Positions 63,553-64,000 of a stretch of DNA of 64,000 bases are shown here, piece after piece. Origin of the DNA: Prevotella sp. (GTDB lineage: Bacteria > Bacteroidota > Bacteroidia > Bacteroidales > Bacteroidaceae); NCBI GenBank assembly GCA_017428055.1, contig JAFRRN010000002.1, positions 9,803 through 73,802 of the forward strand. The letters are read 5' to 3'. Numbering within the stretch: the first letter of the stretch is position 1; each line of letters begins with the position of its first letter. Under the pieces are notes generated by a model. That model worked only from the letters and a program-made list of their open reading frames with translations, was not told where the DNA came from and did not search any database. A program made the translations under genes and the position numbers.

Positions 63553-64000
63553 TCACTCATCTGCCAATTGCCTGTAAATGTCAAGGACTTGCCCGGCAAC
63601 ATTCGTGTTTTCAAACCGTTTGACGTAAGCTTTCGCCCGTGCGATGCGTTCTTGGATGTTGTTTTCTTCTGACAGTTGGATAACCGCATTTGCCAATGCT
63701 TGGGGGTCATCGGGGGAGATATAGATGCAATCAGGTCCCCCTGCCTCTTCCAAACACGAGCCTGTGGCGGCAATGACAGGTGTTCCCGAATGGATGGCCT
63801 CGATGATGGGAATGCCAAAACCCTCGTAACGGGAGGGATAGACGAAGCATTTAGCCAACTTATAAAACACGGGTAGGTCTTCATTTGGAACGCCATGATG
63901 GATGAAAATCCTGTCGCCGAGACGGTTTTCATTGACAAACCGTTGTATCTTGTCGGTATATGGGGTCTTTCTTCCTACGATGACCAATGAGACATTTGTA
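63553..64000 (-). CDS. GT4/GT1-family glycosyltransferase, C-terminal part (5' end beyond window)
   Basis: FVYPSRYEGFGIPIIEAIHSGTPVIAATGSCLEEAGG is the GT-B EX7E region. The frame stays open to nt 63999. Confidence 0.85.
   Translation of the reverse strand, partial: TNVSLVIVGRKTPYTDKIQRFVNENRLGDRIFIHHGVPNEDLPVFYKLAKCFVYPSRYEGFGIPIIEAIHSGTPVIAATGSCLEEAGGPDCIYISPDDPQALANAVIQLSEENNIQERIARAKAYVKRFENTNVAGQVLDIYRQLADE

Noticed and set aside
1-64000. Search for integrase, transposase, relaxase or phage structural genes that would explain the AT-rich islands and direct repeats.
   Set aside because: No ORF shows recombinase or transposase motifs (no DDE or tyrosine-recombinase R..HxxR..Y patterns recognised). 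The islands therefore cannot be assigned to a defined mobile element from this window.

Overview
The window looks like a Prevotella-like Bacteroidota chromosomal segment. It has a SusC/SusD pair, many T9SS C-terminal sorting domains (CTDs), TAnnTTTG -7 promoter boxes and lipoprotein signal peptides. I support about 38 protein-coding genes, several gene remnants, hairpin terminators and two intergenic repeat families. I found no rRNA, tRNA, CRISPR array, integrase or transposase.

Gene content:
- Pectin and arabinan enzymes: a PL11 rhamnogalacturonan lyase and three GH43 modules in two proteins.
- Secreted peptidases: S8, C25-like and C10.
- An orphan SusC/SusD pair.
- A minus-strand operon: TlpA-like (no CxxC), FG-GAP-like, YARHG-like protein, CapA.
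- Housekeeping and other enzymes: dusB, carB and an NahK-like kinase.
- Two GT2 genes and a partial GT4 gene.
- Two tandem CotH-like proteins with lamin-tail domains.
- A solitary MmeI-like type IIL restriction-modification enzyme.

The most unusual signal is the density and shuffling of C-terminal targeting modules. Nine ORFs plus one remnant end in T9SS CTDs. Four ORFs plus one remnant end in canonical duplicated dockerin segments. One T9SS-tailed protein (37512-38717, minus) starts with a cohesin-like module. I propose a T9SS-anchored cohesin-dockerin surface assembly as the main hypothesis.

Supporting observations are module-swap scars, adjacent paralogs that differ only in their C-terminal tag, AT-rich islands, 59-bp direct repeats, and decayed genes.

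All domain calls come from reading motifs by eye. No searches were run, and identities and GC shifts are visual estimates.
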